Assembly (NCBI GenBank): GCA_002633005.1
Contig: NMRA01000608.1
Coordinates: 29,067 to 93,066 of the forward strand
DNA: 64,000 nt
Reading direction: 5' to 3'
DNA from: Phoronis australis
Taxonomy: Eukaryota; Animalia; Phoronida
Positions 13,094-26,589 of the stretch are shown here, piece after piece (position 1 is the first letter of the stretch; the number at the start of each line of letters is the position of its first letter). Position numbers and translations under genes: made by a program. The notes below the pieces were generated by a model. The model saw nothing but the letters and a program-made list of their open reading frames with translations, had not been told where the DNA came from and did not search any database.

Positions 13094-15704
13094 AGTCCTG
13101 CTCTCAAACTGCCCATGTAGTTCCAGTATCCGAAAATACTTACTACATAAAATTTTATTTTCGACACCCTTTCTTTATATTCTTTCTTACCAAAAGCGAT
13201 TTTTGAACAGTATTTGACCCTCCTCTCTGAGCGTATGATTACCGGTTGTCATCGGTTATTTCCGTACCCACATTTCCGGCTCATCAGTTCAGGAACTTGT
13301 CCTGAACGCCGCCATTTTTTCCTTGTATCTGAATGTGCTATCGGTTGCTCGAAAAGTCTTCATTATTTGTTTTATTAGTAATATCTCGTGATTCGTTTGC
13401 ATATGTACTGTATTTATAGTTTGTAGTTAGTGGTCGTTGATTTTTTTGGAATGTTACGCGTACTTAGTATGTTAAAATAGCATTGGTGTTTAGTTCCTTA
13501 CGTAGGCCGGTCAAACCTAGGAACCAATATGAGTCGAACCAATTTTTTGTGGTTTTTATTTTTTTTCTCGTTTTGAAAAAGTACTTTGCTATCTTCGGAA
13601 AGGTAGTGCATTCTACTCAGTAAAAATCGAAAAAGTATCAAAATCGGGGCAAGCAGTGTAAAGTTATTGCAAGTTTTGTGGCGAAATTTGGGTCGCTTTG
13701 TTTGGATCGCGTCGGCCATATTGGAGGACAGCGGGATAAGTTACGAGTTCAAAAATTTTTGTAAATTGTTTTCGCCAACAAATTACGGTGAAATTTAGTT
13801 AGACATATCTTTACTTACTATTCTGCACGATTTAACAGCCTCGCAGTTGTTATTTATTAAGTGATAAATGTGCTCACAATTCCCGTTGGACTTCGTCTCA
13901 TTTCTGGCGGCGCCGACAACATGGCGACTTTTGCTGAACTGAAAGGCATGTTCAATCGGCTACTTTGTAATTTGTGAAAATTTAACGTTGATACGTTTTG
14001 ACAAACGTTGCTACAAAAAAGAAACTTTGTTCAAGTTTCGTGTTTTTTGTGCAAAAATATAAGATGTATTCGAATTATTTTACTGTAAGTTTCCCATTCA
14101 GGTGTATTTTGATTTTATTAAAATTAAGGCGCGCTGTCGATTATTTTCTACCCGTTTGCAGGCTGGTGACAGGCACTCACACCATATAGTCTATGCTAAA
14201 AAAATAGTTGAAATAATTTTGAAATGGTTTTTTGTTTGACTGTCAACTGCTGTTCAGGACTTGATTCGGTGTCACAAAATGATTAAGATTTTTCTAAATT
14301 TTAAGTCTCAATTGCTTTCAAGTCATGTTTTGTAACTTATTGCTTCTTAATTCAGGTTATCAAGCCAACAATATGAATAATCTTAATTTGGGAAATAAGC
14401 TATGTTGGATTGTGAAGCTTCAAGCCTCTAATTCTTGTTCCTTGCAACTTCATATATTTTTTAATGATGCTTGTCAAATTCTGGTGTAAGGAAACACTAT
14501 TCCGTCACCATGGTAATACTAGTTACATGTATGTCCACTTTCATATCATGGAAACTTGCTGTTGAAGAGTGTTTGTAATGCTAAATGTTGTAAAGTATTG
14601 TGCATTTTAAGTTACGTATTATGTTAAAAGTTTGAATCGTTTTGGGTTAATGAATAAAAATGATAACATTTTGTATTGGACTTCTCATACTTATGTGCTC
14701 TAACGAGCTCTCTTTTTGGAGAACTGGAAAAAGGTCTGCCTCAGTCAGAGAACCCCGAATTCCGAAAAAAGTAGAAATGAGACAAAATTCCACTAGAAGG
14801 CAAGAAGTACCAAAATTTAACGTCTGCAATTCATAGCTCTGAACATACCCACTGAACCTTATCGTAAAAAATAGACATTCCCAAAAATTCCAGCCCCCCA
14901 TTCTTTTAGGCTTGGTGCGCTCATACAAAGTCTGGGAAAATCTCTATTGAAATCCAATAACTTTGCACAGTTCGCCAGAAGTACCCAAGTTCTAAATAAA
15001 CCTCGTTTGAGCGAGCGCTGCGGCCAGCGACCAGTTAGGCCTAAGGGTAGCCTTGGCGCAAAGCTGCATAGGCCTACTAACAAGCTGTATTTTGACGATA
15101 GTCTTCACTGCTAGCTGGCACTGAGGCTAACTAAGGTCTGCCGCGGCAGTGTGACACAGGACTTACCAGCCCCTAATTTCATGCAAGTGTCTGAAACTAC
15201 CCTTGAATATGATTTGACCATTTTACTTCGACAAAACAGCTTGCAACCGCATGCGTTTACCTTTCGCCAGTGTCTGGTCTCGATCAGCACCGGGTCCGAT
15301 AGGCTGCGGTCCCGAGTCTGGCAAAATAATTTCTGTCAAAATTTATTCGCCACATTTCTAAAGCAAATTCGATAAAATTGTCCGTATTTTGATTTTATTA
15401 AAATTAAGGCGCGCTGTCGATTATTTTCTACCCGTTTGCAGGCTGGTGACAGGCACTCACACCATATAGTCTATGCTCACACTGACGGCGTTTTCTTAGC
15501 CTGGGTTCCTGAATGAATTGTACTTCCGGGTTCGTGGCAAGTTCAAAATGGCGGTGGTTCTTCGGTTGCGAATCGTGAGTGGCGCGTTCATTTAAACTTT
15601 TTTCGAGTACGGATCGCGTATTAGTTATGGGGTAGGTACTTCTTGGATCCTTATAACATTCTCTAACCATGTAATAAGGGTTAACAACGCGTGAGAGAAG
15701 GACT
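13094..15704 (+). mobile_element. Non-autonomous Kolobok-like DNA transposon (family X), longest copy
   Basis: TTAA at 13090-13093 and 15705-15708; termini agtcctgctctc / gagagaaggact; two other copies in window; no transposase ORF recognised. Confidence 0.8.
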
Positions 15705-16108
15705 TTAAGAGTCAACGATTCGCTACTTCAGAAGGTTAGACCTATTGACAATAGCTTCCGTTTTTGAAGTTGTACTGATCATTGCATCGAAGTGACATGT
15801 TTTAACTGCCTGTTTATCTTAGGTGCAATCAGGTTGTGTGCAGATACTTGTCATCAAACTTAGGCAAATTTACACAACAACACCCAAAAAAAACTCAAAT
15901 ATGTACTTACGTGTATAATATCCATGTAATAGAATCTGACAGGTTGTTTATCAAGATTACCTCCATTAAAGATACCAAGACCTTGGAATTCGGCACTCCT
16001 CCGTCGTGCTAAAAAAACAGACATTCAACTGCCGTGTTCAAACTTTCCTTGCTCTGAGAATACGCCATTGAGCGTTGTCACATTATTATGGAAAGTAGGC
16101 CTAAGTGC

Positions 16109-16284
16109 CGTTTACACTTACAAAGTTGACACGGATCAGCTGACACGGAACAAGTTGTTCCAGTGTGTATACGTACTGACACGGCGCAAATTGACACCGC
16201 GGTGCCAAATTTTTGCCACCCGTTTGTGAGGTAGAGTAATTTGCGCCCGAACATCTTGCGCCGTGTCAACTATAAGTCTAAACG
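16109..16284. mobile_element. Small MITE (possibly PIF/Harbinger-type)
   Basis: Imperfect TIRs cgtttacacttacaaagttgacacgg / ccgtgtcaactataagtctaaacg, with internal tgacacgg repeats. Confidence 0.6.
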
Positions 16285-18664
16285 CGAAACTGGAGTAACG
16301 GATCATCTCTACTGCGCTTGTGCAATGACCTACGTACGAATTCTTTGTCTCTGCAACTCTCGTCATTTTTAAACCTGCGCATATGCGATCCAGTCTCAAA
16401 TTTCAAACTCAAACTAATAGAAGATCGCAACCAGTGGTAGATTCTCGAATAGTCTGAGCGACTGCACACTTGTTATCCACTGTGAGCGTTTTATTTTTTC
16501 GTTTTTTCAAGAGAAACTGGTGTGATCGCGCAAATTTATCATTTAATTCGTGTCGCTCGATGCAAATACATTATATCCAGGAGACTTGCTGCTCACTTGG
16601 GACGTACTTTTGTAGTGCCCATTATGCATCAGTTTTCAGTATTGAAATGACCCCGGGTAACTTCGTAAAATTAAAATACGATCCAGGTCGCATTTAATAG
16701 GGGGTATAAATTTAGTGTGAACTACTGTGAAAAATGACCTCATTGGAGTCATATAGATAAATGACAGGTTTTTTAAAGTTCATTAGCGCGTTCTCCCGTT
16801 CCTTGACTTTACCAGACGTACAACGGTTGTGAACGTGTGATAGTCTAAACTTCGATTGTATAGTTGGGTGATTTTGATGATTCAGAAACTTTCAGCCTGA
16901 CCAGTATTTGATAGGGAATTCATAAATGTCATTGGTTATATGTTCAAACATGTTATAACTTAACTTATTTTTAACACCACAACTCAGTGAGTCAATCAAA
17001 TATGATCTTACTGGAGATTAGAACTATCGAACAAAAGAGAACTGACCCTCCAACCCTAATTGACAGAAGGGACTTAATCAGTCGTCGGTGTAAGATATTG
17101 GCTGCATCGGTCATCCTCCCAACTTGTGCTATACAACCAGGAAGAGATAGCGCTAAAACAGTTGTCCCGACCCTTCCTGGTTATCTCTTTCTGATACAAC
17201 CTAACAAGTTAGACTAAACGGGAGAACTCCGTAATGTAAAAGGCAAAGAACACAGACTCAATTCCTCTCCTTTGCATCGCTCGGGATTGCCAACGGACAA
17301 ATATTCTTCTCACACGCACGGTATTCCTCTCTCACGGATCTGAAGTCACTGATGTCTTTGGTAATAGGTATCCAGGGCAGTTTGAAGTGGTTACCAGAAA
17401 AATTAATCTGTCTCAATTTTTGAGTGTCATTCTCTTGGCTCCCCTAACCACACCCACTAGAGCGAACCTGCCAGACGGCCATTTCCAAGCATCAGGATAC
17501 CATAGAGCACTGTGGCACAAAAGAAAATTGGTTACCTTTTCATGCCCAAAATAGCTCTGGGGATCCCGGTCTATTTGTGCGTACTCAAGATAAGTGTCTA
17601 TTTTCTTCTGTGCTCGATTATATAATGGTTTAGTCTGTCCGCTTTCTTAAAAGGACACAGGCACACTTGAAAACGTCCTTCACGAAGAACCTGCCGATCG
17701 GTAACTGGGATCTCCTGTTTTTAGCTCGGGTATTTTGTGCAGTGGGCCTAACTATGATGCCTGCGCACGTCTGATGCACCGCAAATGACACCAGCACTCT
17801 TTTATATCATAACTTACGTGGATAATTTGTGTATCCTAGTTTTCACTTGATGACTCCAGTTTTAAGGCTAGAAATTCGAATTTTATCCGAGTTTATAGCA
17901 AAATGTAGGGGTCACGTGTCACCAAGTACAAACGTAGACTAGTAGAAACTTATATACAAAATGAAACCATAATTTACTCGAGCACAGGACTAAAAGCCTG
18001 TTAGGCCCAAAAGTAGAATAGAAATTGATAAAAATAATTTCGAGTAAAAAGATAAGAGCCCGGCCGCGTGTAATGTCCTCCGGAAATTACATAGAAGCAT
18101 ACTGTTTGCTGTGTAGTCGTGAACTTATTCCAGTGCTTTATGTTGCGCCTGTTTTTATTTAAGTAATTGTCAATATATATCAAACAATTAGAATCAAAAT
18201 TCTCATAGAACATCGAACGTCTCGTCTTGACCCTTGACTGTTTCGATTGAATGTGTTCCGCCGTTCCCCAACAGGCCCACCTTTGATGCTGGTGAGTGAT
18301 GAGAACACTGATCACAAATAGGTCACCATCCTTCTTGTTGATTACAGCACAAGTCAATGCCCTGCGAATTATCTAGTCGATAGTCAATGAAGGAGCTATT
18401 AAAAATTTAACCATTGATTTAACAGTATGGCAGCAATAAAATAGCTTGCGCTTGCCAATTTTCATTTAATTTCACTGTGTTGCCCAGCGTACTTTTGTAT
18501 GATTGTAAAACAATAGTGCCGTCCCGGATTACACATTTGTCCCGGAGATAAGAAAGCACGTGAACTTGTTTTGGAAACTTTTGAATTTGAAGGTTGGCGG
18601 TCCTGTCTCTGGTCTTCTAAAATTTCGATTCATCACGATATCTCTATTCAGCGTTTATTTTCAG

Positions 18665-18800
18665 TGTCGTCAGTGGCAGCTTATTCTTGCACAGAGTCTT
18701 CGTTAAAGAGCTGTCTTGGAGACATGTTATCCGTGGCGCAAAAGGCGCAAGGGGGCGCACTTCCGAGTTACACGGCTAATGAGTTCAAGAAGGTGTGCAG
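18665..18800 (+). CDS. Gene A exon 2
   Basis: ttattttcag acceptor, gtaagg donor; VSSVAAYSCTESSLKSCLG...PSYTANEFKKVCR; paralogous to 59901-60024. Confidence 0.9.
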
Positions 18801-19621
18801 GTAAGGCCCCTACGACAGCTGCCCATTTCGATTGGGTCGTGATTCATGTTTCCAGGGTTTTAAACCCTGTTGGATCGATGGGCGTATTGCCTGTCATAGC
18901 TGAGACGTCTAAGACGGTCGTATCTTCGATTTAGTATACTGGCTTGAAAATAAACTGTGGTGAATTAGAAATAACGATTTTAACGTTTGGATCAATTTCA
19001 AGATTTTTTGACAGAGCGCGTTGGTGTTCATAAGGTTACTAGATTGTCTCAGCACCATGCAGGCGTAGTTACCCCCAAGATTCCTACCTACAGATACCCT
19101 TATAAACTATGGTTCATTTCAGTTTTAGGTTAATCGGAGGTTGTTAGACTAAAACATGCTCAACAATTATCAATAGTCACCTGGCGTGTTGGATCCTGTC
19201 TGAAGAGAAGGGGTTCTAAGCCAAATTGGGCTTAGGCGCTCAGAAAATCTAACTCATGTTCGTCAGAACACATACCTAATATGTATTACTCGACCTTTTG
19301 CTTTGGAAATCCAGGGTGGCTAAAATATATTCCACAATTTTTGGTGAGCTAAGTGGTTCAACCTCGGAATAGGCCATTTATAACTTCGAGCCTGCCCAAT
19401 CCACATTCCATTATGGTCTACAACTTCTGCCTTGACACAGTTTCCGAGATAAGTGTGTAAACGGTCGACTCCGATCATCTTGCTCTGTGTCTGTGCCTTA
19501 TCACAGTTAAGCAGGTTTGAGGTTTATCAATGCAAAATTACACATAATTGATCATGTCCCGGATTTTTGAAAAATGATGTTCCATACTGAAGTGTTGTCA
19601 TTGTTCTTTACTGACTTGTAG

Positions 19622-19746
19622 GGAATTCAAGGAAGCTTCTCAAACATGTCTGCCCGGTATTCGCAGTTCTTGCGGCAGGCAAGACCAGCTGGCTCTCGAC
19701 CTAGTTAAGGAGATGTTCGACTATCTGTGCGGTGAAGGATTTAATG
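19622..19746 (+). CDS. Gene A exon 3
   Basis: ctgacttgtag acceptor, gtagtt donor; EFKEASQTCLPGIRSSC...EMFDYLCGEGFN; MFDYLCGEGF shared with gene B. Confidence 0.9.
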
Positions 19747-20426
19747 GTAGTTATATGGAAATTTTACCCAAATAAAATCCGCTGTTTACTGTTACATGCT
19801 CATAAAACTAAACGTTCATCCATTTTAATGGTGTGTACCTAACCTGTCAAGGTATGTTAAAGTAGTGTAGTTTCCGTTCTGTAAGTAGAACATTCTAAGT
19901 CGATGCTGTCGATTCAGGCGCGAGTTGAGGATAGTAGCTGGAGGCGATCCGACAGCCGGCAGAATTAGGTATGTTCGGGCCTCGGGGACCCCATTCTGTC
20001 TCTGGACACGCCCAGCGACTAAACGTTTACAGGGTCGTAGAGGGGGTCTGATAATTTGCAGGCGTAGAATGAAATTACATTACTGCAAAACACGATCTCC
20101 GCTGTGGATCCCGCGTTTGCAGAACTGAGTATCGTTCCGTATAGGCCAATGCGACTATACTCCGGCCAGTAGCGAAATCCAGCAAAGTGGCGTTCGCTGC
20201 AGCGATTGGTAGGCGTGAGGTTGGAATATTTAAGTTCCGGTATAGAATCAGATGGAGGGAGGGGGGAGGGGGAGGGAGGGAGAACATGTCATCTTCCGAG
20301 TGCAAGCCCTTAATTGGCTTTATTATCGGGAAATTCTCGTATAGAATCGAGGATTATTTGTTTGAAATAAGTTTCAAAACATGCGTAAGAAAGGTTAATT
20401 GTGTGTGGTTGACTTCATGCTTGCAG

Positions 20427-20568
20427 TTTACATCAACAATAGCGCGTGTTTCCTGGACAAGAAGTTGATGCCCGGAATCAGGAAATGTGTGGACACTTTC
20501 CAAGCTCAAACCCAACAACTCCAAAGGTCATCCGGCTCAAAGGAATATCGACTAGAGCAACTGTGCAA
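20427..20568 (+). CDS. Gene A exon 4
   Basis: cttgcag acceptor, gtaagt donor; VYINNSACFLDKKLMPGIRKCVDTF...SSGSKEYRLEQLCK; phases fit both neighbours. Confidence 0.9.
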
Positions 20569-21060
20569 GTAAGTTTCTCGACGAAGACAATTGTCTTACT
20601 TTGAGGTACCATCCCTAAATGGAATAAAGATCAGTGCAGCGTGGCCTTCAGTAGAAGTTCGCATGCGATCACGCTGTGGCATTTTTATTCCCGTGGACAA
20701 TGGACTATCTACCATGAGCGCGCATTATGCCGTTATCTCTGTCCGTCCGTACAGTGTCCGCTGCCACTGTATCAGCAATCCCCTAGATGGACGTGCAACA
20801 AATTTTGCATATACTTCCTGTCATCATGGATCGCAAGATGGGCGCATAGCAACGCTCGATGTTGCTCTTGTTCGAAATTTAGTCAAGTTTGGAATAATCT
20901 GCGGTACTTTCAGAAAGTAAAAACGGTAAAAGGGTTAGCCACAGATTATTGTCACCGGGGGAACTCCAAGTTTATATGACATGATAAACAATTTGAATAA
21001 AAGCGCTTGGAGGAGCGACACTTGGCAAATTGACTGAAAAGAATATTGAATGTTACATGG

Positions 21061-21135
21061 CAATGATGATGATGATGACAGTGGTGATGATAATGATGGT
21101 GGTGATGGTGATGGTGGTGATGATGAACATGATGT
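21061..21135. repeat. Degenerate (GAT/GGT)n microsatellite
   Basis: gatgatgatgatgacagtggtgatgataatgatggtggtgatggt... Confidence 0.8.
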
Positions 21136-21289
21136 GCACAATCATATGAAGAATGACGACGTCAGAAATAAGTAAGAATTATAGTCTTGTTCAATAGAAG
21201 GCAAACCAGCAAAAGTACAGTAAATGTCAGCCATCAAAGTTACATGTACAGGGTCATCAGAAAATTCCAAAAAATTAACAAAGAGACGT

Positions 21290-23750
21290 TCTTTTTTATA
21301 CATTTATTGGCAATGAGAACATTTACACTAATAGAAAAAGACAAGAACACCACAGACACGCGCACACACACGCGTACGCACACACACACGCATACTCCAC
21401 ACCTAATCCTCTTTACTAAGAAAAAAGTTTCAAAGTTACCCCATCTTTTTTGTACAAATTCTGAATTCAAATCCTTACGAGCACTATGCTTTTCACTCAT
21501 ATAGTATTTTTGATGAAGTTAAAAATCTACTTACAAGTAATCTTTTTGATCCAAACTTTTGGGTATAAATAAACTGTTTTCCCAATAATAAAACAATGTT
21601 TTTAAAATTTTCCTTTTTATCAAAGAAGCCAAAAATAATAACATTGTTGAAGGAGAGAGTGCTGACATACTGGGGATTTGCTTTGTTTAAAATTTCGTTA
21701 TTAGCTTTTGTCCTAAATGAATTTACTGTTTCACATTCCCAAAATAAGTGTTTCAAAATTTCTTTCGATTGTCCACAAAATGAACAAGAGTCGTCATCCG
21801 TAACTTGAATTATTTTTAAAAATGAGTTAGTAGTCGAAATTCTCGTCAAGAGTCTGAACTGAAGCCACCTAATTCTTGGGTCTCCCGTTGTGTTATATAG
21901 AAGGGAATAAACATCTCCCCATGAAAAATTATTCGTATTTATGTTCAGTTCTTTGGCCCATTTTGACTCCGTTTTTGAGACTTCTGAACTATAATTTAAT
22001 TGTGTACAAATATGTTGACACCCTCTTCCATCACTTTTCAGTTTCATTAAAATCGTTGGCATAACAGGACAATACGCATCAAAACTAACAACTCTATCAA
22101 TAGCACATTTCTGTTGGTACTTAAATATCACTGAAATTAGACTATTATACTCCATAAAGTTCGTTTTGATACCTAAAACATCCACAATAAATCTATAGTT
22201 CAACATATTACCGTCTGGGGGAAACAAGTCCTTTGTAAAGACTGTGCCTCCGTGGCACCAGTTCCTGTAGAAAATACTTTTTGCCCCGGCCTGCAGGTCA
22301 CTGCTCAACCATAAAGGTTGGTTAAGGAAATCTATCTGACTTTTAATCTTCAAACAATTTCCGATTGCGATTACACATTCAAAAAAATCTTTCCAGAAGT
22401 GATTGTCAGTATTAGTCAAATTTATCTTAAGAAAGTCAACTCCACACTTGGCGAAATTTCTAATTTCAAATAAAACAAACGGGCAGTCTTGGACCGACCG
22501 TTTACAAATTTTGTGAGCATGTTACCGGTAATCTTTAAAGCCTTACAGAATGAAAATTTGTTAATCATTCTAATACCTTCTTCATTATAATTACAAACAG
22601 TTCGGGAGCGCTTAATTTTGTCACTGCGACCTTGCCAGAGGAATTTAAAAAACATTGTGTTCAGTTTTTCTTGAATATGTTTCGAAGGCTGTGGCAAGGA
22701 TGTCAGAAGATGCATAATTTTTGAAATCGCGAGCGCCTTGATTACTGTAATTCTCCTTCAAAATGAATTCAATATCTTTCAATTTCGCCAAGTAATTTTG
22801 GTCTGCCGTATCATGTAAGCTGACTTGGAAATTAATCCCCTAGAACATGAAATTTGTTTTGGTCCATGATAACTGTTCCCTGACAGAATTTTTTTCAGCA
22901 CTGTTAGCCATGCTGCCAAACCAAATAGCTTTTGTTTTTTCAACATTGACCCTGAGGCCGGAGAAATGAGCAAACAGATTTAGAACATTTAAAGTAGACC
23001 GTAAAGACATCTCCGATCCATCTAAAATAATAGAAATGTCAGCATATTGAGTTAGTAAGTGCTCACGATCCATAATTTTGATTCCATTTGTATTTTTGTT
23101 GTGTCTGATCATGAGAGCCAAAATTTCCGCTCAAATAATGAATAGATGAGGGAGATAATGGGTTACCTGGTCTGACTCCTCTCCGTATATTAAACCAACG
23201 AGAAGGTTGGCCATTAGCAATAACACATGATTTGAGATTTTTGTAGAAAACTTTGAGCCATCTCTTAATTGGCCACCCAAAATTGAAAAAAAGAAAGCTT
23301 TTTCAATAAAACTCCAAGACAATGAGTCAAAGGCTTTTTCAAAATCTATAAGAAGTAGTAGTCCAGGTGTTTGAATCTGGGAATAATAGAACAGATGGTA
23401 TATCACACCAATGTTATCAGCCATGTTCCTTCCAGGGAAGTAGCCACTCTGATCCTCATGAATAATTTTCCCTAGCACAGACTTAATGCTTTCCGCAATT
23501 GCTACAGACGCGATTTTGTAGGATACATTGAGAAAAGAAATAGGACGTCAGTTTTTTAGAAAAAGTTTACTTATGTCTGCACTTTTGGGAATACAGGTAA
23601 ATAATACCCTCTTTCTGAGTGGATGGTAGTTGACCCACAGCGAAGCTGGTATTTGTAGATCGGAGTACAAAAATACCTATGTCACCCCAAAAGAATTTAA
23701 AAAAAACTCAATGGTAAATCCATCATTGTTTTTCATTTTTTCAAAGATTT
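21290..23750 (-). mobile_element. Degenerate Tx1/L1-group LINE ORF2 (RT and zf-RVT), antisense within gene A intron 4
   Basis: RPISFLNVSYKI, IIHEDQSGYFPGR, LLIDFEKAFDSLSW, TQYAD, FFKFLWQGRSDKIKR, RWLQFRLLTR...CSFCGQSKEILKHLFWEC over several frameshifted ORFs. Confidence 0.92.
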
Positions 23751-24991
23751 CCTTAAAAAAAGACGTCCTAGCGGAAAATTCAAAACATCTTCTGAAAGCC
23801 CGTTTAAAATCTATGTAACAAAGCAGTTTCACAAAATTCCACAAAATTTTCGAAAATTTTCTATTTTGCATTTTTTAATTTGAAAGACAAATTACTAATA
23901 AACGGTGAGTCTGAGAAAAAATTGTTGGTGTTCATTTGAAAGAGTATACCCTAATGAATCTACGTGCAAAAATTCACGTCATTTGCTCTTCCTGTTCTAC
24001 ACGAAACCCCAGCAAGATTGAAAAGTGATGAAAATGCATCAGTTCTGTCATTTTGAAAACAACTTCCGGTTAAGCAGCACTTGATAATACCTGGTCACAG
24101 GAAACTAACACACGAATAATTTCAAAGCAATTGGTTTTACAAGGCACCCTCTTCAGGGTAAAACGTTTTCGTCCTGAAATCGAGGTGCACAAACGCAATG
24201 GCCGATATTTCATGATTCTACAGCACCTGTGTAGCACACGCCTGCTATATCAATCGTACAGATTTTCAGTTCTGAACATAAAAAATTGCGGCCTCTGAGC
24301 ATTTGAATCTGAATTCGGTAAAATGGCTGCCACGTCCGCCATCTAGAATCCGATCATGACGAAAAACAATAGACTTCGAGCTATTCCCGTCCTACAGGTT
24401 GTTTGGGAATTTCTTGGGGAAAAATATTGACGTCAAACCAAAAAATTCGCCTAGTAAAAACGCAAGATATCGATAGATGACTCCATTATCCTTTGCCTCA
24501 GCGTTGTCCTTAGAGAAATGCAGCTGTGTATTCCATGAAAATTGTCTTCTTATACTTAAAAATCGGAATTAATTTGCTCTGAATAACAATATGTGCTTAA
24601 ATGATATGAAGTTTTCACAGATTTTTGTGAAGTATGAATGACTAAGAGCATATTTTCTGGTGAACTGATCGATCCAAAGCCAAAACACTTGAAAACTGGG
24701 ATTTGCCGCCCCCTAAAGAAAATGTTCTGGCCAGGGCCCCCAAATGGTAAATCCAGCTCTGGAAGTCGACAGAAGTTATCTAAATGTTTCGGAGTCTCTT
24801 CGTGATTGTTCCAACCCCTGCCGTACACCTGTGCCGGTCGCCACAACAGTTTCAGTTTCACCTCATGTTCCCAAATGATTGAGGGACACCTACCCTTCCG
24901 GTCGCCTGTTTTTCTATGTGTTTTTGTGTGTCGGGGTCACTGTTGCCCAACTTCATGAGAGAGGAGCGTTCGCCCTCCTTCCTCCGCTTCG

Positions 24992-25849
24992 TTTTTATGC
25001 GCCCACATATTTATGTGGGGATGCATTATGCCGTCTTCCCCGTCCGTCCGGCGTCCGCTAGGCCGCTCTATTTCCAAAATCCTTTGACGTATGTTATGAA
25101 ATTTTGCACATGTATTCCTTTCATAGATGAGACGCCATGCACTAATTTTCGGACGGATCCGACTACTGATGTGCCCCTTAGTGGCAATTTTAGTTTTTAT
25201 TTTATTTTTACCGCTGTATCTTCAAATGTCAAAGGGTTGGAATATAGGCATCTATTGGTGAGATGACGCTATCCTCCAGTTTTCCAATGGATTCGAGGTA
25301 TTTTGCGTCACCAAGTGGACATTTTTGCTGTTTTTGAGTCTGTTTTTTTTTGGCATCCGCCCTTCTATCAACCAAACCATTCGGAATGATTTTGAAAATG
25401 GCGTATTATGTTCGCAGTGTGAAGAGTAGACGATGACGACTTCGACTGCTGTGTCGCCTCCTATTGGCAGTTTTGTTTGTTTTGCGTCCATAGCGTTATC
25501 TCTGAAACCCACTGCAGGGTCTTTATTATATGTAGTAAGTGCATTTATATGAAGTTAACAACAGACGACGACGACATTCACACCGATCCGACGAACTTTG
25601 TGCCCCTTAGTGGCAATTTCATTTTTTTTCCATTTTCGTTTGTTTCTCTGAAGTTCCTGGACACATTTTTATGAAATTTAGTTAATAACTTTCTATTAAA
25701 GAAATGGTGGCATGTTCCCGTTTTTGGATGGATTCGATGTATTTTGTGTTATCTTATGGTCATTTGTATGATAGAAATAAACAACTCTATAAGCACGCCG
25801 TTTGCGGTGCATTTGTGGGCGCATTTCAAAGCTCCCCGTAGCTCTTGTT
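24992..25849 (+). mobile_element. DINE-1/HINE-like non-autonomous Helentron derivative
   Basis: 5' ttttt+atgcgcccac with hairpin cccacata-tt-tatgtggg, CCGT microsatellite, internal repeat gtgccccttagtggcaattt x2, 3' inverted gtgggcgcat (25815-25824) then short stem-loop and tt. Confidence 0.65.
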
Positions 25850-26589
25850 ACGAGTTTATCTCGAATCCTCAAAGCAATTTAAATCTCAGTATTCATTGAT
25901 CAGTGATGATAGCAAACAACACGAAAGGGTGACAGTGGGCCGCCAGAAGCGAGTCGCAAGTTTTGCTGTCGGACGACTGCTAATAATATTGGGTCGGAAA
26001 TAAAACGAGGGCCGGAATCGTAAGTACTCTGATTGGGTAGCTAAATGCGATGTTCGAAATCTTGTAGCCTTCAGTGGGTTAGTAACCTTTCTCTTTGAGG
26101 GCCACATAATATAATAGGCACCCGTCCATCGCGTCTGGATCTATACCCCGGTGGCGAAATCACTCGGATGATACGGATAACTATAATGTGTCATAAAATG
26201 CTACGAATAATGTTGTTCTTGGGTCTAAACAGAAACACCTAAGTTACTACATATTGCAGAAGTTATATACCAGTTTTTGTTTAGACCCTTCCATCATGCG
26301 TCCCCACACTGTTGTCGCGACGCATGTTGTTCCTATTGCACATTGTGTATCACGATGCGGTCATCAGTGTTACTTTATATATCCATTTATTCCTTAGTCT
26401 GTGTCATGCCCTTGAAAAAGAACGTACCGCTCGAAACGTGGGTTATATTTTAATATGTTTTGGTACCGACTCTCATCGTTTTACTTTATGCTATTTCACT
26501 CTTCTTAATCGTCCTAGTCCAATAGGGATGATTGTATTATGATGCAAACAATCTTTCATCAATCATTTCAAATAATTATGTTCTCTTAG

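Noticed and set aside
18644-18664. Alternative acceptor ctattcag at 18651
   Set aside because: 13 nt upstream of the chosen AG, so it would break frame with exon 1; the paralog supports 18665.
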